From Escherichia phage vB_EcoS_MM01: a stretch of 43,157 nt of DNA. The translations under genes were made by a program, and so were the position numbers. A model generated the notes under the pieces. The model worked only from the letters and a program-made list of their open reading frames with translations. It did not search any database and was not told where the DNA came from. The DNA lies in sequence record MK373793.1; one strand, 5' to 3'. Below, in pieces: positions 1 through 8,910 of the stretch (the first letter of the stretch is position 1; each line of letters begins with the position of its first letter).

Positions 1-261
1 TTAACTCTTCCTTTATATGCAAATGTGAAACGGGTGATTCGCTTTTTCTTGTGCTGCATTTGATGGAAAAAGTCAATAGGTGAGAGAAAGAAAACAAGCA
101 ATTTACGCAACTTTTTGCAAATTAATCTCCCGCTGCAGTTTACACGTAAATCGCGTAGGGCGATGTATGCCAATTGGTTCCGCGGGTTTTTGGAGACGCC
201 TATTACGTACATTTACGTTTTAGTTACGCTAGAAATCCCTTATATATAAACAGCTTAGATT

Positions 262-279
262 TATTATTATTATTATTAT
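262..279. repeat. (ATT)6 microsatellite in AT-rich non-coding left end
   Basis: ttattattattattatta run read directly; no convincing ORF overlaps. Confidence 0.6.
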
Positions 280-391
280 ATATCTATGTAACTGGCGTAA
301 CAGATCATTGCGGGAGTGTCGATATGTTTTCATGTTCCGCGCGCGATTTATATAAATAAGGGGTATTGGGGTGCTATGGGCTAGGATTTTA

Positions 392-409
392 GGCATACAC
401 GGCATACAC
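392..409 (+). repeat. tandem direct repeat ggcatacac x2
   Basis: ggcatacacggcatacac read directly in non-coding leader. Confidence 0.5.
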
Positions 410-485
410 ACAAACTACAGCCTATCAATACTGGGCTAATTGATAGTTAAGCGTAAAAGTATAGAATATTTACACCAAATTATAT

Positions 486-514
486 TTGACTACGTGTAAA
501 TGCAGATGTATTAT
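486..514 (+). promoter_or_regulatory. sigma70-like promoter (TTGACT - 17 nt - TATTAT)
   Basis: near-consensus -35 and -10 hexamers with 17-nt spacer immediately upstream of first early ORF. Confidence 0.5.
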
Positions 515-544
515 GAACTCACTTTAAACGGGAGGAGAAAAGAA

Positions 545-1048
545 GTGAACGAAACTAAGACGCTGGGCGAAGTGATTCGCGAGATGGTAAAGATGGCCCT
601 GAAGTCTGAAGACAAGACATTCAGAGCTCCATTAGAGCACATAACTGAACTTGTGCTGGGGAAGGATTGTCGAGATGAGTTTGGGACGCTGCCAAGGCTT
701 GAGCAACTAAAAAGCTCTTACGTATATAACACTACGGCACGAATGGAAGAGCTGCGCGAAGCTGGGCTGAAAGCAACTCACAGCATTGAGTCTATAGATT
801 ATATGAATGACTTCGGGACTGGCTATATAAAAGGAGAGCCGGAGCTAGTAATTACACTTAAGCCAGGCACCACAAACATAGGCACTCGCAAAAAGGCAGT
901 CGAGCAAACAAAGATCGTAGCTATCGAAGAGTTCAAATCTAAGCTGCTTAAGTTCTCACCTAGCACAATTGAACTTGAAGGTGAGATGTTAGAAGGTGCA
1001 CTGTATGCAATAAATGCTTATCGCGAAATGATTAAGGAGATGAACTAA
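545..1048 (+). CDS. hypothetical early protein
   Basis: ORF-track frame 500..1048; GTG at 545 is 9 nt after GGAGG, whereas ATG at 500 lies inside the promoter spacer; no recognisable motif. Confidence 0.5.
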   Translation: MNETKTLGEVIREMVKMALKSEDKTFRAPLEHITELVLGKDCRDEFGTLPRLEQLKSSYVYNTTARMEELREAGLKATHSIESIDYMNDFGTGYIKGEPELVITLKPGTTNIGTRKKAVEQTKIVAIEEFKSKLLKFSPSTIELEGEMLEGALYAINAYREMIKEMN

Positions 1049-1332
1049 TGAGTTTCAACTATGAGGAATATTTAAAAGAGGTTCATGACTCAATGACTGA
1101 AGAGCAGAAGGCCAATATCGCCAGAATCAAAAGAACCATTGATGAGAACAACAGAATGCTTGAAGCTGAATATAATAAAGCGAATCCTCGATACAATGGA
1201 AAGACGGTTGATGAGTATATCCTTAGTAATTGCGTTAACAAGCCGTGGCATGAAAAGCACACTCGCGCTGAATGGGAAGAAGCTATGGAGTTGTGGCAGC
1301 TAATGAAGAAGCTAAATAAACTGGTAAAATAG
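1048..1332 (+). CDS. hypothetical protein (94 aa)
   Basis: ORF track; ATGA overlap with upstream gene; stop TAG is part of junction motif A. Confidence 0.5.
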   Translation: MSFNYEEYLKEVHDSMTEEQKANIARIKRTIDENNRMLEAEYNKANPRYNGKTVDEYILSNCVNKPWHEKHTRAEWEEAMELWQLMKKLNKLVK

Positions 1333-1347
1333 CACTTTTTGTTAAAA
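1328..1347 (+). repeat. junction motif A copy (aatagcactttttgttaaaa)
   Basis: contains TAG stop of ORF 1048..1332; hairpin ctccc-agtga-gggag; motif B atcgaaacga at 1379-1388; ATG 1403. Confidence 0.6.
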
Positions 1348-1402
1348 CTCCAGTGAGGGAGTTTGGCATAATAGCTTTATCGAAACGAGAGAGGGATTCA
1401 AG

Positions 1403-1483
1403 ATGTACTATGACGTTATCGCTGTTTGCTTGGTTGCCATTGTTGCTATCGTTGCCATTGTTAAGATTACGGAGAAGAAGTAA
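1403..1483 (+). CDS. small hydrophobic peptide (26 aa, MYYDVIAVCLVAIVAIVAIVKITEKK)
   Basis: short ORF read manually downstream of motif A/B unit; single predicted TM stretch. Confidence 0.3.
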   Translation: MYYDVIAVCLVAIVAIVAIVKITEKK

Positions 1484-1614
1484 TGCATACTCAATTTATG
1501 ATGGATGATGTTTTATATGAAGCAATGCCGTGGCTAATCTGGTCCCTGGGATTTATGATTGTGTATATGATTGCATCATTCGCGGATGACGCTAAAGAGG
1601 AAATTAAAGAATGA
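1483..1614 (+). CDS. small membrane protein (43 aa)
   Basis: read manually; TAATG overlap upstream and ATGA overlap with next gene; hydrophobic core WLIWSLGFMIVYMIA. Confidence 0.3.
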   Translation: MHTQFMMDDVLYEAMPWLIWSLGFMIVYMIASFADDAKEEIKE

Positions 1615-1868
1615 TTACTATCAACCTGTCAGAGAAAGACGCGGCGCTGCTAAAGAGTATCATCATGAAACCAATGTACTCCACACTATCGTTCGAGCAG
1701 ATGCGCGTAGTTAAAGAGGTCGGTGCGCAGATTAATAATCAGCAGTTCGATGTTAGTGACTTCGAGAACTCTCGCCAGTACGAGTCGCTAAGTGTAAACT
1801 CCGCATACCTGCACAATTGGGATAAGGCGACAAAGAATTGGAGATTCGATAAGGAGTTCAATAAATGA
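1611..1868 (+). CDS. hypothetical protein (85 aa)
   Basis: ORF track; translational coupling with neighbours. Confidence 0.5.
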   Translation: MITINLSEKDAALLKSIIMKPMYSTLSFEQMRVVKEVGAQINNQQFDVSDFENSRQYESLSVNSAYLHNWDKATKNWRFDKEFNK

Positions 1869-2290
1869 TTTACATCCACACTTACTACACTGGAAAGTTT
1901 AACAGCGTTAAGCATGTTCGCGTGCATTATAGCTACGAGAGTGCAAAGGCTCAGCATTTGGTTCTAGGTGGTGACATTAAGCAATACGGAGAGATAGCGC
2001 GAATTGGTAAACAATTACCTGATCAATCAGGCATAATTGCTACATTTACAACGAGATTGGGCGGAGAAATGAAAATCAAAATTACAAACGTGAACCACAG
2101 GCCAGAAGAAGGCTTAATGACACTAGAGGAATGTGGATTTAAGGTTGGTGACGTTGTTGACGTTGTTGACGTTGCTGGGGTTTACATGGATGGTCGAGTT
2201 TACATTCTTGTGACTCGTGCAAACGATGGGGTATCTGTTGGCAGCGCGGTTGTTTTGGGTGAGAATGAGTACGAGGTGATTGAAGAATGA
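1865..2290 (+). CDS. hypothetical protein (141 aa)
   Basis: ORF track; contains coding tandem repeat VGDVVDVVDV (gacgttgtt x3). Confidence 0.5.
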   Translation: MIYIHTYYTGKFNSVKHVRVHYSYESAKAQHLVLGGDIKQYGEIARIGKQLPDQSGIIATFTTRLGGEMKIKITNVNHRPEEGLMTLEECGFKVGDVVDVVDVAGVYMDGRVYILVTRANDGVSVGSAVVLGENEYEVIEE

Positions 2291-2466
2291 AATTCAGACA
2301 AAGTGACCCAAAGCTACAGGCCAATCACTTTGATGGCTACGCAACATTCATCATTGCACAGGCTTGCGGAATGCGCGAAGACCCACAGGTTCACACCATT
2401 CACATGACCGAAGAGCAGGCTAGAGAGTTAGCTTACGAAATTCTAGAGCAATTGAATCGAATTTAA
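2287..2466 (+). CDS. hypothetical protein (59 aa)
   Basis: read manually; ATGA overlap with upstream stop. Confidence 0.4.
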   Translation: MKFRQSDPKLQANHFDGYATFIIAQACGMREDPQVHTIHMTEEQARELAYEILEQLNRI

Positions 2467-2515
2467 CGCGTCTAGAACGAATTCTAACGAACGATAATTT
2501 AAGCGGGGTGATTTC

Positions 2516-2677
2516 ATGATTAAGATCATTTATACTGGTGACGATGATGATTTGGCGCTAATTCGGTTTGGCGATGTGCTATTCGCAAAGTTGAATGAGG
2601 ATGGAGATTGCTACATTGTAAAAAACAAGAATGGCGAGGATATTTACCTTTCAAGAGACGAGGTCATGATTTGCTAA
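2516..2677 (+). CDS. hypothetical protein (53 aa)
   Basis: read manually; purine-rich RBS upstream; TAATG overlap with next gene. Confidence 0.35.
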   Translation: MIKIIYTGDDDDLALIRFGDVLFAKLNEDGDCYIVKNKNGEDIYLSRDEVMIC

Positions 2678-2814
2678 TGGATAACTACGAATTACCAAGC
2701 CAGTGGGCTAAGAGAATGATGGATGGCGCTAAGACTGGCGAAGAGGCTATGCAGTACTTTGAACTGATGAATCTATGGAAGGAGCGGGAAGATAAAAATA
2801 GCACGAATAGCTAA
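2677..2814 (+). CDS. hypothetical protein (45 aa; C-terminus NSTNS encoded by motif A)
   Basis: internal ATG of track ORF 2608..2814 (track start is TTG); coupled to upstream stop. Confidence 0.4.
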   Translation: MDNYELPSQWAKRMMDGAKTGEEAMQYFELMNLWKEREDKNSTNS

Positions 2815-2816
2815 AA
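2797..2816 (+). repeat. junction motif A copy (aatagcacgaatagctaaaa)
   Basis: member of 13-copy family AATAGCAC-N4-TTG(C/T)TAAA; motif-B-like tatcaaaacaacgagag follows before ATG 2872. Confidence 0.6.
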
Positions 2817-2871
2817 GCATTCGCCAGGGACGGCATATAATTACCTTATCAAAACAACGAGAGATTGAGAG

Positions 2872-3111
2872 ATGTTCGGATTATCAGAAGCGCACTTCAA
2901 CGCAGTAAAACGCCAGGCGGCAAAGCTAAATGACGAGTACAGCAAGTTATCGCCAAAGCAGCGTAAGGATGACAAGCAAGTTGCAGCATTGATTTCTAAG
3001 ATGTGGGAGCCAGTTTTCACAATTATTAGCCGAGACCGATTTGTGTGGACTAGCGGTTATCTTAAGGGTCGTGTTGGTCATGATGAGAATGGTCAATCGT
3101 TGTACGAATAG
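2872..3111 (+). CDS. hypothetical protein (79 aa)
   Basis: ORF track; preceded by motif A/B unit. Confidence 0.5.
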   Translation: MFGLSEAHFNAVKRQAAKLNDEYSKLSPKQRKDDKQVAALISKMWEPVFTIISRDRFVWTSGYLKGRVGHDENGQSLYE

Positions 3112-3388
3112 ATTGGATTGTTAAAAAAGAGCTTGCATCACTGATTGGAAGTATCTAATATTAATCACGTAGACAGACGAGACCACTAAGTGGTAACGGC
3201 GCACGGAGCGCAACTACTAAGTCCGTAGCTCATTAGGTAGCGTATGCGGCAAATCACTTCCCATTATGAGCTTTATTCTCTTAGGGACTTGTAAGACCTA
3301 GCGCAAATAGTCAATCAAATCGGTCGTAACAAGCGACGCTGGAGCCGTAACCAGCAATCTTCATCTAGCAAGCCTAGCTAAAGATTAT

Positions 3389-3463
3389 GCTCTGTTAGCT
3401 TAATGGAAAAAGCCGCAGCCTTCTAAGCTGTTGATGGTGGTTCGACTCCACCACGGAGCGCCA
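3389..3463 (+). tRNA. tRNA-Arg (anticodon UCU)
   Basis: manual cloverleaf: 7-bp acceptor stem GCTCTGT/ACGGAGC (one G-U), D stem GCTT/AAGC, anticodon stem GCAGC/GCTGT with loop CTTCTAA (U33, UCU, A37), T arm GGTGG-TTCGACT-CCACC, discriminator G, encoded CCA. Confidence 0.85.
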
Positions 3464-3482
3464 AATTAAAGGAGCCCTATCA

Positions 3483-3665
3483 ATGTGGGACGTTAAGTTA
3501 TCAATCAGATTAATGGGCCGTAGTTGCAAGAATTGCACTCAAGAATACATCGCGTCAGTTGCCGCAATCAGCGCTGAGGATGCGGTAGCGAAAGTAAAAG
3601 AGATGTCGGGCGCTGACCCTGACACTCACAAATTCCTAGTAGCTTACGTTCGTGAGCGAAAGTAA
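3483..3665 (+). CDS. hypothetical protein (60 aa)
   Basis: ORF track; AGGAG-like RBS right after the tRNA. Confidence 0.45.
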   Translation: MWDVKLSIRLMGRSCKNCTQEYIASVAAISAEDAVAKVKEMSGADPDTHKFLVAYVRERK

Positions 3666-3709
3666 AAAGTGTTATACCCTCGTTTAATTTTCATCTCTCT
3701 CGTTGTTTT

Positions 3710-3733
3710 AGCCCTCGCTTGAGGGCTTTTTTT
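3710..3733 (+). terminator. rho-independent terminator
   Basis: GC hairpin gccctc-gctt-gagggc followed by T7 run. Confidence 0.6.
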
Positions 3734-3744
3734 CGTCTGCAATA

Positions 3745-3753
3745 TGCTATAAT
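3745..3753 (+). promoter_or_regulatory. extended -10 promoter element (TGcTATAAT)
   Basis: TGnTATAAT 24 nt upstream of terS start; no good -35. Confidence 0.35.
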
Positions 3754-3776
3754 CTGGAATCAACAAAGGAGGATTT

Positions 3777-4283
3777 ATGAGCAAAGCAGCATTAAAGCTA
3801 GGCGAGGGCAACTTCAAGACTCTGTATAACAAGAAGTACGGCGATATCGCAATGGTGGCAGTTAACCGCAAATATACGCCTGAAGAGGTGTTTGATTTCG
3901 CGGTGAGATACTTTACCTGGGCTGAGGGTGAATCAATTAAAGCAATTGAGACGGCGGCATTCCAGGGTGTGGTTAGTGAAAACCTTATCCATAAGCCTAG
4001 AGTTTTTACCTTAACAGGCCTGGCTTTGTTTATGGGCGTCAAGATAGGTAGCTTTGCTCGTTGGCGTTCTGAGCCAGGTTACTCTGACGTCATGGAGTTT
4101 ATTGACAACGTAATATACGAGCAGAAGTATCAGCTAGGCGTTTCTGGTATCATCAACTCCACGATTGTTGGCAAGGAACTTGGAATTGATAAGCCGCAGG
4201 AGATCACCATTAGCAACAACTCCACTGCCAACGACGTTGATAGCATGAAGGCAGCGCTGGAATCTGTGATTGGTAAGCTGTAA
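3777..4283 (+). CDS. terS: terminase small subunit (putative)
   Basis: 168-aa ORF immediately upstream of terL with strong AGGAGG RBS; assignment by position. Confidence 0.5.
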   Translation: MSKAALKLGEGNFKTLYNKKYGDIAMVAVNRKYTPEEVFDFAVRYFTWAEGESIKAIETAAFQGVVSENLIHKPRVFTLTGLALFMGVKIGSFARWRSEPGYSDVMEFIDNVIYEQKYQLGVSGIINSTIVGKELGIDKPQEITISNNSTANDVDSMKAALESVIGKL

Positions 4284-4392
4284 AAATATGAGGGTATAAC
4301 ATGATTATTTGCACATTTCTTGGTTGGTGGATGATGACCAAGAACCTTAACGCAGGTCTGCTATATATAGCCATTAATCTGGGGGTTTCTCA

Positions 4393-5958
4393 ATGTCTTT
4401 AGTATGGGAAGAAATGACCATTCAGGAGAAGATGGCGGTTAAGGCTATATCAGAACACAGCTTCGAGGGATTCCTTAGGTGCTGGTTCCAGATTACTCAA
4501 GGCGAGCGGTATATCCCGAACTGGCATCACAAGTATTTGTGCAGAATCATTGACGAGATTATCGCTGGAGAGCGCAAGGACACCATTATCAATATAGCAC
4601 CTGGTAGCGGGAAGACAGAGATCGCATCAATACATTTCCCAGCCTACTCAATGGTTAAATTGAAGAAGGTAAGGAACCTTAACATCTCCTTTGCCGACTC
4701 CCTGGTTAAGCGTAACTCTAAGCGAGTTCGAGACCTTATCAAGTCGGCAGAATTTCAGGCGCTATGGCCTTGCAAGTTTGGAACATGCAAAGATGATGAA
4801 CTTCAGGTTCTTGATGAGAGTGGCAAGGTTAGATTTGAGTCAATATCAAAGGCGGCTGGGGGTCAGATTACTGGTGCGCGTGGTGGCTATATAACTGAAA
4901 AATATAGCGGTGCTGTGCTATTAGATGATTTTGACAAACCCGCAGATATGCTTTCACCAGTTTATCGAGCCAATAATCACGTAATGCTGAAAAACACCAT
5001 TCGCTCTCGTCGCGCTAGCTCAGTAAAAGGTAAGGCCACGCCAATCATTTCTATACAGCAGCGCCTGCACGTTAATGACTCAACATGGTTCATGATGGAA
5101 GGAGGGATGGGTATCGACTTTGATTTGATTAAGATACCTGCATTGGTAACTGAGGATTACATCGACACGCTACCTGACTGGATTAAAGAGCAATTTGCAG
5201 AGGATGTACTAAGCAGCGAATACATTGAGCGAGATGGAGTAAAGTACTACAGCTACTTTCCTAAAAAGGAGTCAGTAAGCGACCTGGTTGCGATGTGGGA
5301 TAGTGACTCTTACACTTTCCTTAGTCAATATCAGCAGGAACCTGTAGCGCTAGGTGGCAACCTCATTAACGTGGATTGGTTCCAGCGCATTAGCGACACG
5401 TTCAGACCTCCTGCTAAGTACGATTATCGATTCATAACTTGCGATACAGCTATGACTACAAAAAGTTATAGTGACTTCTCTGTACTTCAGCTGTGGGGAT
5501 ATAAAGATGCTAAGATTTACCTTATAGACCAGCGTCGCGGCAAATGGGAAGCACCAGAGTTGGAGGCAGAACTACTGGACTTCGAGAAGAAATCAAGGGC
5601 AACCAGTCAATCAGATGGCATCCTTCGAAAGATTATCGTCGAGAAGAAAGCATCTGGTATCGGCCTAATTCAATCAGCGAGTCGAGTTATGCGCACACCA
5701 GTAGAGCCTTACACACCGGATAAAGACAAGTTGACAAGGGTAATGAGTGCGCTGCCACAGATTAAGGCTGGTAACGTAGTTCTTCCTGAGTCTGCGACAT
5801 GGTTAAGCGGATTACTTACTGAGATTGCGGCATTTACCGCTGACGATTCTCATAAACATGATGACCAAATTGACTGTCTAACAATGGCGGTAAACCTGGT
5901 ACTTAACATTGTGGACGATCCCAAGTCTCGACTAATGCGCATAGCGGGAATTAAATAG
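4393..5958 (+). CDS. terL: terminase large subunit
   Basis: 521 aa; Walker A PGSGKTE, Walker-B-like VLLDDFD, C-terminal nuclease-like acidic residues. Confidence 0.85.
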   Translation: MSLVWEEMTIQEKMAVKAISEHSFEGFLRCWFQITQGERYIPNWHHKYLCRIIDEIIAGERKDTIINIAPGSGKTEIASIHFPAYSMVKLKKVRNLNISFADSLVKRNSKRVRDLIKSAEFQALWPCKFGTCKDDELQVLDESGKVRFESISKAAGGQITGARGGYITEKYSGAVLLDDFDKPADMLSPVYRANNHVMLKNTIRSRRASSVKGKATPIISIQQRLHVNDSTWFMMEGGMGIDFDLIKIPALVTEDYIDTLPDWIKEQFAEDVLSSEYIERDGVKYYSYFPKKESVSDLVAMWDSDSYTFLSQYQQEPVALGGNLINVDWFQRISDTFRPPAKYDYRFITCDTAMTTKSYSDFSVLQLWGYKDAKIYLIDQRRGKWEAPELEAELLDFEKKSRATSQSDGILRKIIVEKKASGIGLIQSASRVMRTPVEPYTPDKDKLTRVMSALPQIKAGNVVLPESATWLSGLLTEIAAFTADDSHKHDDQIDCLTMAVNLVLNIVDDPKSRLMRIAGIK

Positions 5959-5970
5959 CCGTGATAAACT

Positions 5971-5992
5971 AGCCCCTACATGGGGCTTTTTA
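5971..5992 (+). terminator. rho-independent terminator
   Basis: agcccc-taca-tggggc hairpin then T run. Confidence 0.5.
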
Positions 5993-6005
5993 TTGGAGAA
6001 ATGCA

Positions 6006-7274
6006 ATGGTAAAAACAGACAGCTACGCCAATATCTTTCTTGGCGGTAGTGATGGCAGTGAGATTTACGGGAGTTTAAATAACCAGACGCCTTCAATGCT
6101 GGCTTCTCTTTATGCTGATAATGCGCTGGTTCGTCGAATTATTGACACAATCCCAGAAACAGCACTAGCGGCAGGATTCCACATTGATGGTATTGATGAC
6201 GAGCCTGCATTCTGGTCGCGCTGGGATGGTTTGGAAATGACGAAGAACATTAACGATGCATGGTCATGGGCCAGATTGTTTGGTGGTTCCGCAATTGTTG
6301 CTATCGTTAAGGACAATAGAGCGCTAACAAGTCCGGTCAGAGAAGGTGCCGAACTTGAAACGGTTCGCGTTTACGACCGCACGCAAGTAAAAGTACAGAC
6401 CCGCGAAGAGAATCCACGCAACCCACGTTTTGGCAAGCCACTGACCTATCGCATTACCACTAACGAAAGCGATATGTTCTATGACGTTCATTATAGCCGG
6501 ATTCACATCATCGATGGCGAGAGAGTGCCTAACGCAATGCGCCGACAAAATGATGGGTGGGGCCGCAGTGTGCTTTCCAGTGATATTCTCGACTCGATTA
6601 AGGATTACACCAACTGCGAGCGACTTGCTACACAATTACTGAGACGCAAGCAGCAGGCTGTGTGGAAGGCGAAGGGTCTGGCTGAGTTGTGCGATGATAG
6701 CGAAGGGTTTGGTGCTGCAAGATTGAGACTGGCACAGGTTGACAACAATAGCGGCGTAGGTCAAGCAATTGGTATTGATGCCGAATCTGAAGAGTACAGC
6801 GTTCTTAACTCAGATATTGGCGGTATTGATGCGTTCCTGGATAAGAAGTTTGACAGAATCGTTGCGCTGAGCGGCATTCATGAAATCATCCTGAAGAACA
6901 AGAACGTCGGTGGCGTATCATCTAGCCAGAACACAGCGCTTGAGACATTCCATAAGTTGATTGACCGTAAGCGCAATTCTGAACTACTGCCTATTCTTGA
7001 GTTCCTAATCCCGTTCATCGTAAACGCGGAAGAGTGGTCAGTTGAGTTTAACCCGTTGGCACAGGAATCAAGTAAGGATAAAGCAGAAGTTCTGGAAAAG
7101 AACGTAAACAGCATTGCCGCACTAATTGCAGCCGGAGCTATGGATACGAACGAAGCACGTGACACACTACGCACTATCGCACCAGAGATTAAGATTGGTG
7201 ATAATGATATTCAGGCCGAGGAATCGGAGTTAATTACAGAGACAGAGGTTGTTAATGAAGAAATTGCGATATGA
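6006..7274 (+). CDS. portal protein (putative)
   Basis: 422-aa ORF directly after terL; canonical gene order. Confidence 0.65.
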   Translation: MVKTDSYANIFLGGSDGSEIYGSLNNQTPSMLASLYADNALVRRIIDTIPETALAAGFHIDGIDDEPAFWSRWDGLEMTKNINDAWSWARLFGGSAIVAIVKDNRALTSPVREGAELETVRVYDRTQVKVQTREENPRNPRFGKPLTYRITTNESDMFYDVHYSRIHIIDGERVPNAMRRQNDGWGRSVLSSDILDSIKDYTNCERLATQLLRRKQQAVWKAKGLAELCDDSEGFGAARLRLAQVDNNSGVGQAIGIDAESEEYSVLNSDIGGIDAFLDKKFDRIVALSGIHEIILKNKNVGGVSSSQNTALETFHKLIDRKRNSELLPILEFLIPFIVNAEEWSVEFNPLAQESSKDKAEVLEKNVNSIAALIAAGAMDTNEARDTLRTIAPEIKIGDNDIQAEESELITETEVVNEEIAI

Positions 7275-8364
7275 CAGTGCGAAGGTGAAAGCCAGATTTG
7301 ATGAAAACGGCTTTCTGGTTGATACCCCGATTGTTGCGCGTGTCGGGGTGCAAACCTACTACCTTCCAGACGGCACAGAACGAAGAGAATTTAGACCAGC
7401 CTCAGAGGTATTTAAACCTGATTCTCTAGCAAGTTATCAGGGCAAGCCAATTACCTTAGGTCATGTGTTTGTTAACTCTGAGAATGCCAAAGAGGTAGTT
7501 GTTGGTGCGGTATCTGGGTCAGCTATGCGTGAGGACTCGAATGTCATTGTTCCTCTAACTGTTTACGACAAGGAATCCATCGAGAAGGCGAAATCCGGTA
7601 TTGCTGGTGAGTTATCTGTAGGCTACTCAACTGTTGATATTGATTCGAAGGGGTGGGGTAGCAATGAAACTGGCGAGTATAAGTTGGACGGAGAATACCA
7701 ATCACAGGACGAAATCCCTTCTGATTGGGTTAGATTCGACGCTCTGCAAACTGAAATCAAAGTAAATCACGTCGCACTTGTCTATCAAGGCCGCGCGGGA
7801 GTAGCCAAACTTAATTTTGACGCTCAGCAGGAAAACCCGTATACTGACAGCGTTGATTCTATTAAAGAGGACGTAAAAGAAATGGTTAAGATTAAACTCG
7901 ACGGCGCTCAGGAGTTTGAAATTGCTCCCGAAGTCGCCGCTCACATTGAAGCAGTTAAAGCTGACTCCGCAAAAGAAAAGGCAAAAGCTGATGCACTGGA
8001 AGCTGAGCGTGATGCGCTTAAAGCTAAAGTTGATGCAATGCCATCAGAAATCGAGAAAGCAGTTGCTAAGGCGAAAGCTGACGCAGACGCGCTCGCAGCT
8101 TTGGTTGCTGTTGCTGCTGAAGCTGGCGTTAAAGCTGATGGTCTGGATGCTAAAGGCATTAAAGTAGCTTACGTTAAAGAAGTCTCTGGCCTGGATGTTT
8201 CTGAGAAATCTGACGCGTATATTGATGCAGCGTTCGACATTGCCAAAGAATCTGATAAAATGGCTGAAGTTCGCAAGGCTACCGCAGCCTCTGATAAATC
8301 TGACAGCAAAGACGAAGTTAAGGTTTTGAACCCGCGCGCTCGTCTGGCTAAAATTAAAAAATAA
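7255..8364 (+). CDS. head scaffolding / prohead maturation protein
   Basis: internal ATG of track ORF 7249 (track start TTG); C-terminal third is Ala/Lys/Glu-rich coiled-coil typical of scaffolds. Confidence 0.5.
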   Translation: MKKLRYDSAKVKARFDENGFLVDTPIVARVGVQTYYLPDGTERREFRPASEVFKPDSLASYQGKPITLGHVFVNSENAKEVVVGAVSGSAMREDSNVIVPLTVYDKESIEKAKSGIAGELSVGYSTVDIDSKGWGSNETGEYKLDGEYQSQDEIPSDWVRFDALQTEIKVNHVALVYQGRAGVAKLNFDAQQENPYTDSVDSIKEDVKEMVKIKLDGAQEFEIAPEVAAHIEAVKADSAKEKAKADALEAERDALKAKVDAMPSEIEKAVAKAKADADALAALVAVAAEAGVKADGLDAKGIKVAYVKEVSGLDVSEKSDAYIDAAFDIAKESDKMAEVRKATAASDKSDSKDEVKVLNPRARLAKIKK

Positions 8365-8374
8365 GGAGTCCTAA

Positions 8375-8872
8375 ATGGCAATTCGTTCCGTAGCTCTGGC
8401 AGGCATGGTAGCTGATACTTCCCTGTATAATATTGATGGTGCTTGCGTAGTTGGTGGCTCTGCTGCAATTCCGGTTGGCACAGTAGTAACCGTTAGCCCT
8501 GATCCATTAATCGATGGTCACAAGGTTGTTATTGCTGGCGCATCCGCTACTCTCCCTGCTTATGGTGTGGTTGTTAAATCTCATTATGAAACTCCTGACG
8601 GTACCGCTAAAACTCAGGAAGCAGTTAACGTAATGACAAACGGCAGAATCTGGGCAAGAACAAACCTTTCTGCAAAGCCAACTTTCGGTAGCGCTGTTTT
8701 CGTCAATAGTTCTGGTCTTATTGTAGCTGGCCCAGCAAGTGACACCGTTTTCGATACTGGCTTTACCTTCGCTGGTGGTTTTGCTACTGCATACACCGCT
8801 AGTGCAAACCCAATCAAGCAAGATGAGTCTGTTGATGGCAACATCGTAGAGATTCAGGTTAAGCAGAAATAA
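8375..8872 (+). CDS. head-associated structural protein (decoration-like, putative)
   Basis: 165-aa Gly/Ala/Val-rich ORF between scaffold and capsid genes; function by position only. Confidence 0.35.
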   Translation: MAIRSVALAGMVADTSLYNIDGACVVGGSAAIPVGTVVTVSPDPLIDGHKVVIAGASATLPAYGVVVKSHYETPDGTAKTQEAVNVMTNGRIWARTNLSAKPTFGSAVFVNSSGLIVAGPASDTVFDTGFTFAGGFATAYTASANPIKQDESVDGNIVEIQVKQK

Positions 8873-8875
8873 AAA

Positions 8876-8896
8876 CAGGCCCTTAGGGGCCTTTTT
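8876..8896 (+). terminator. rho-independent terminator
   Basis: aggccc-ttag-gggcct hairpin plus T run. Confidence 0.6.
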
Positions 8897-8910
8897 AGTG
8901 AGGTTATTTT

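Noticed and set aside
500-544. ATG at 500 as start of the first early gene
   Set aside because: It lies inside the spacer of the TTGACT/TATTAT promoter and has no RBS; the in-frame GTG at 545 follows GGAGG. Not formally excluded.
3219-3296. Possible second tRNA in the non-coding region upstream of tRNA-Arg
   Set aside because: A 6-bp acceptor-like pairing (aagtcc/ggactt) exists at tRNA-like spacing, but the D-arm and anticodon stem do not pair and there is no T-loop consensus.
4301-4399. 31-aa hydrophobic ORF overlapping the terL start
   Set aside because: It is very short, overlaps the terL RBS and start in another frame, and has no independent support.
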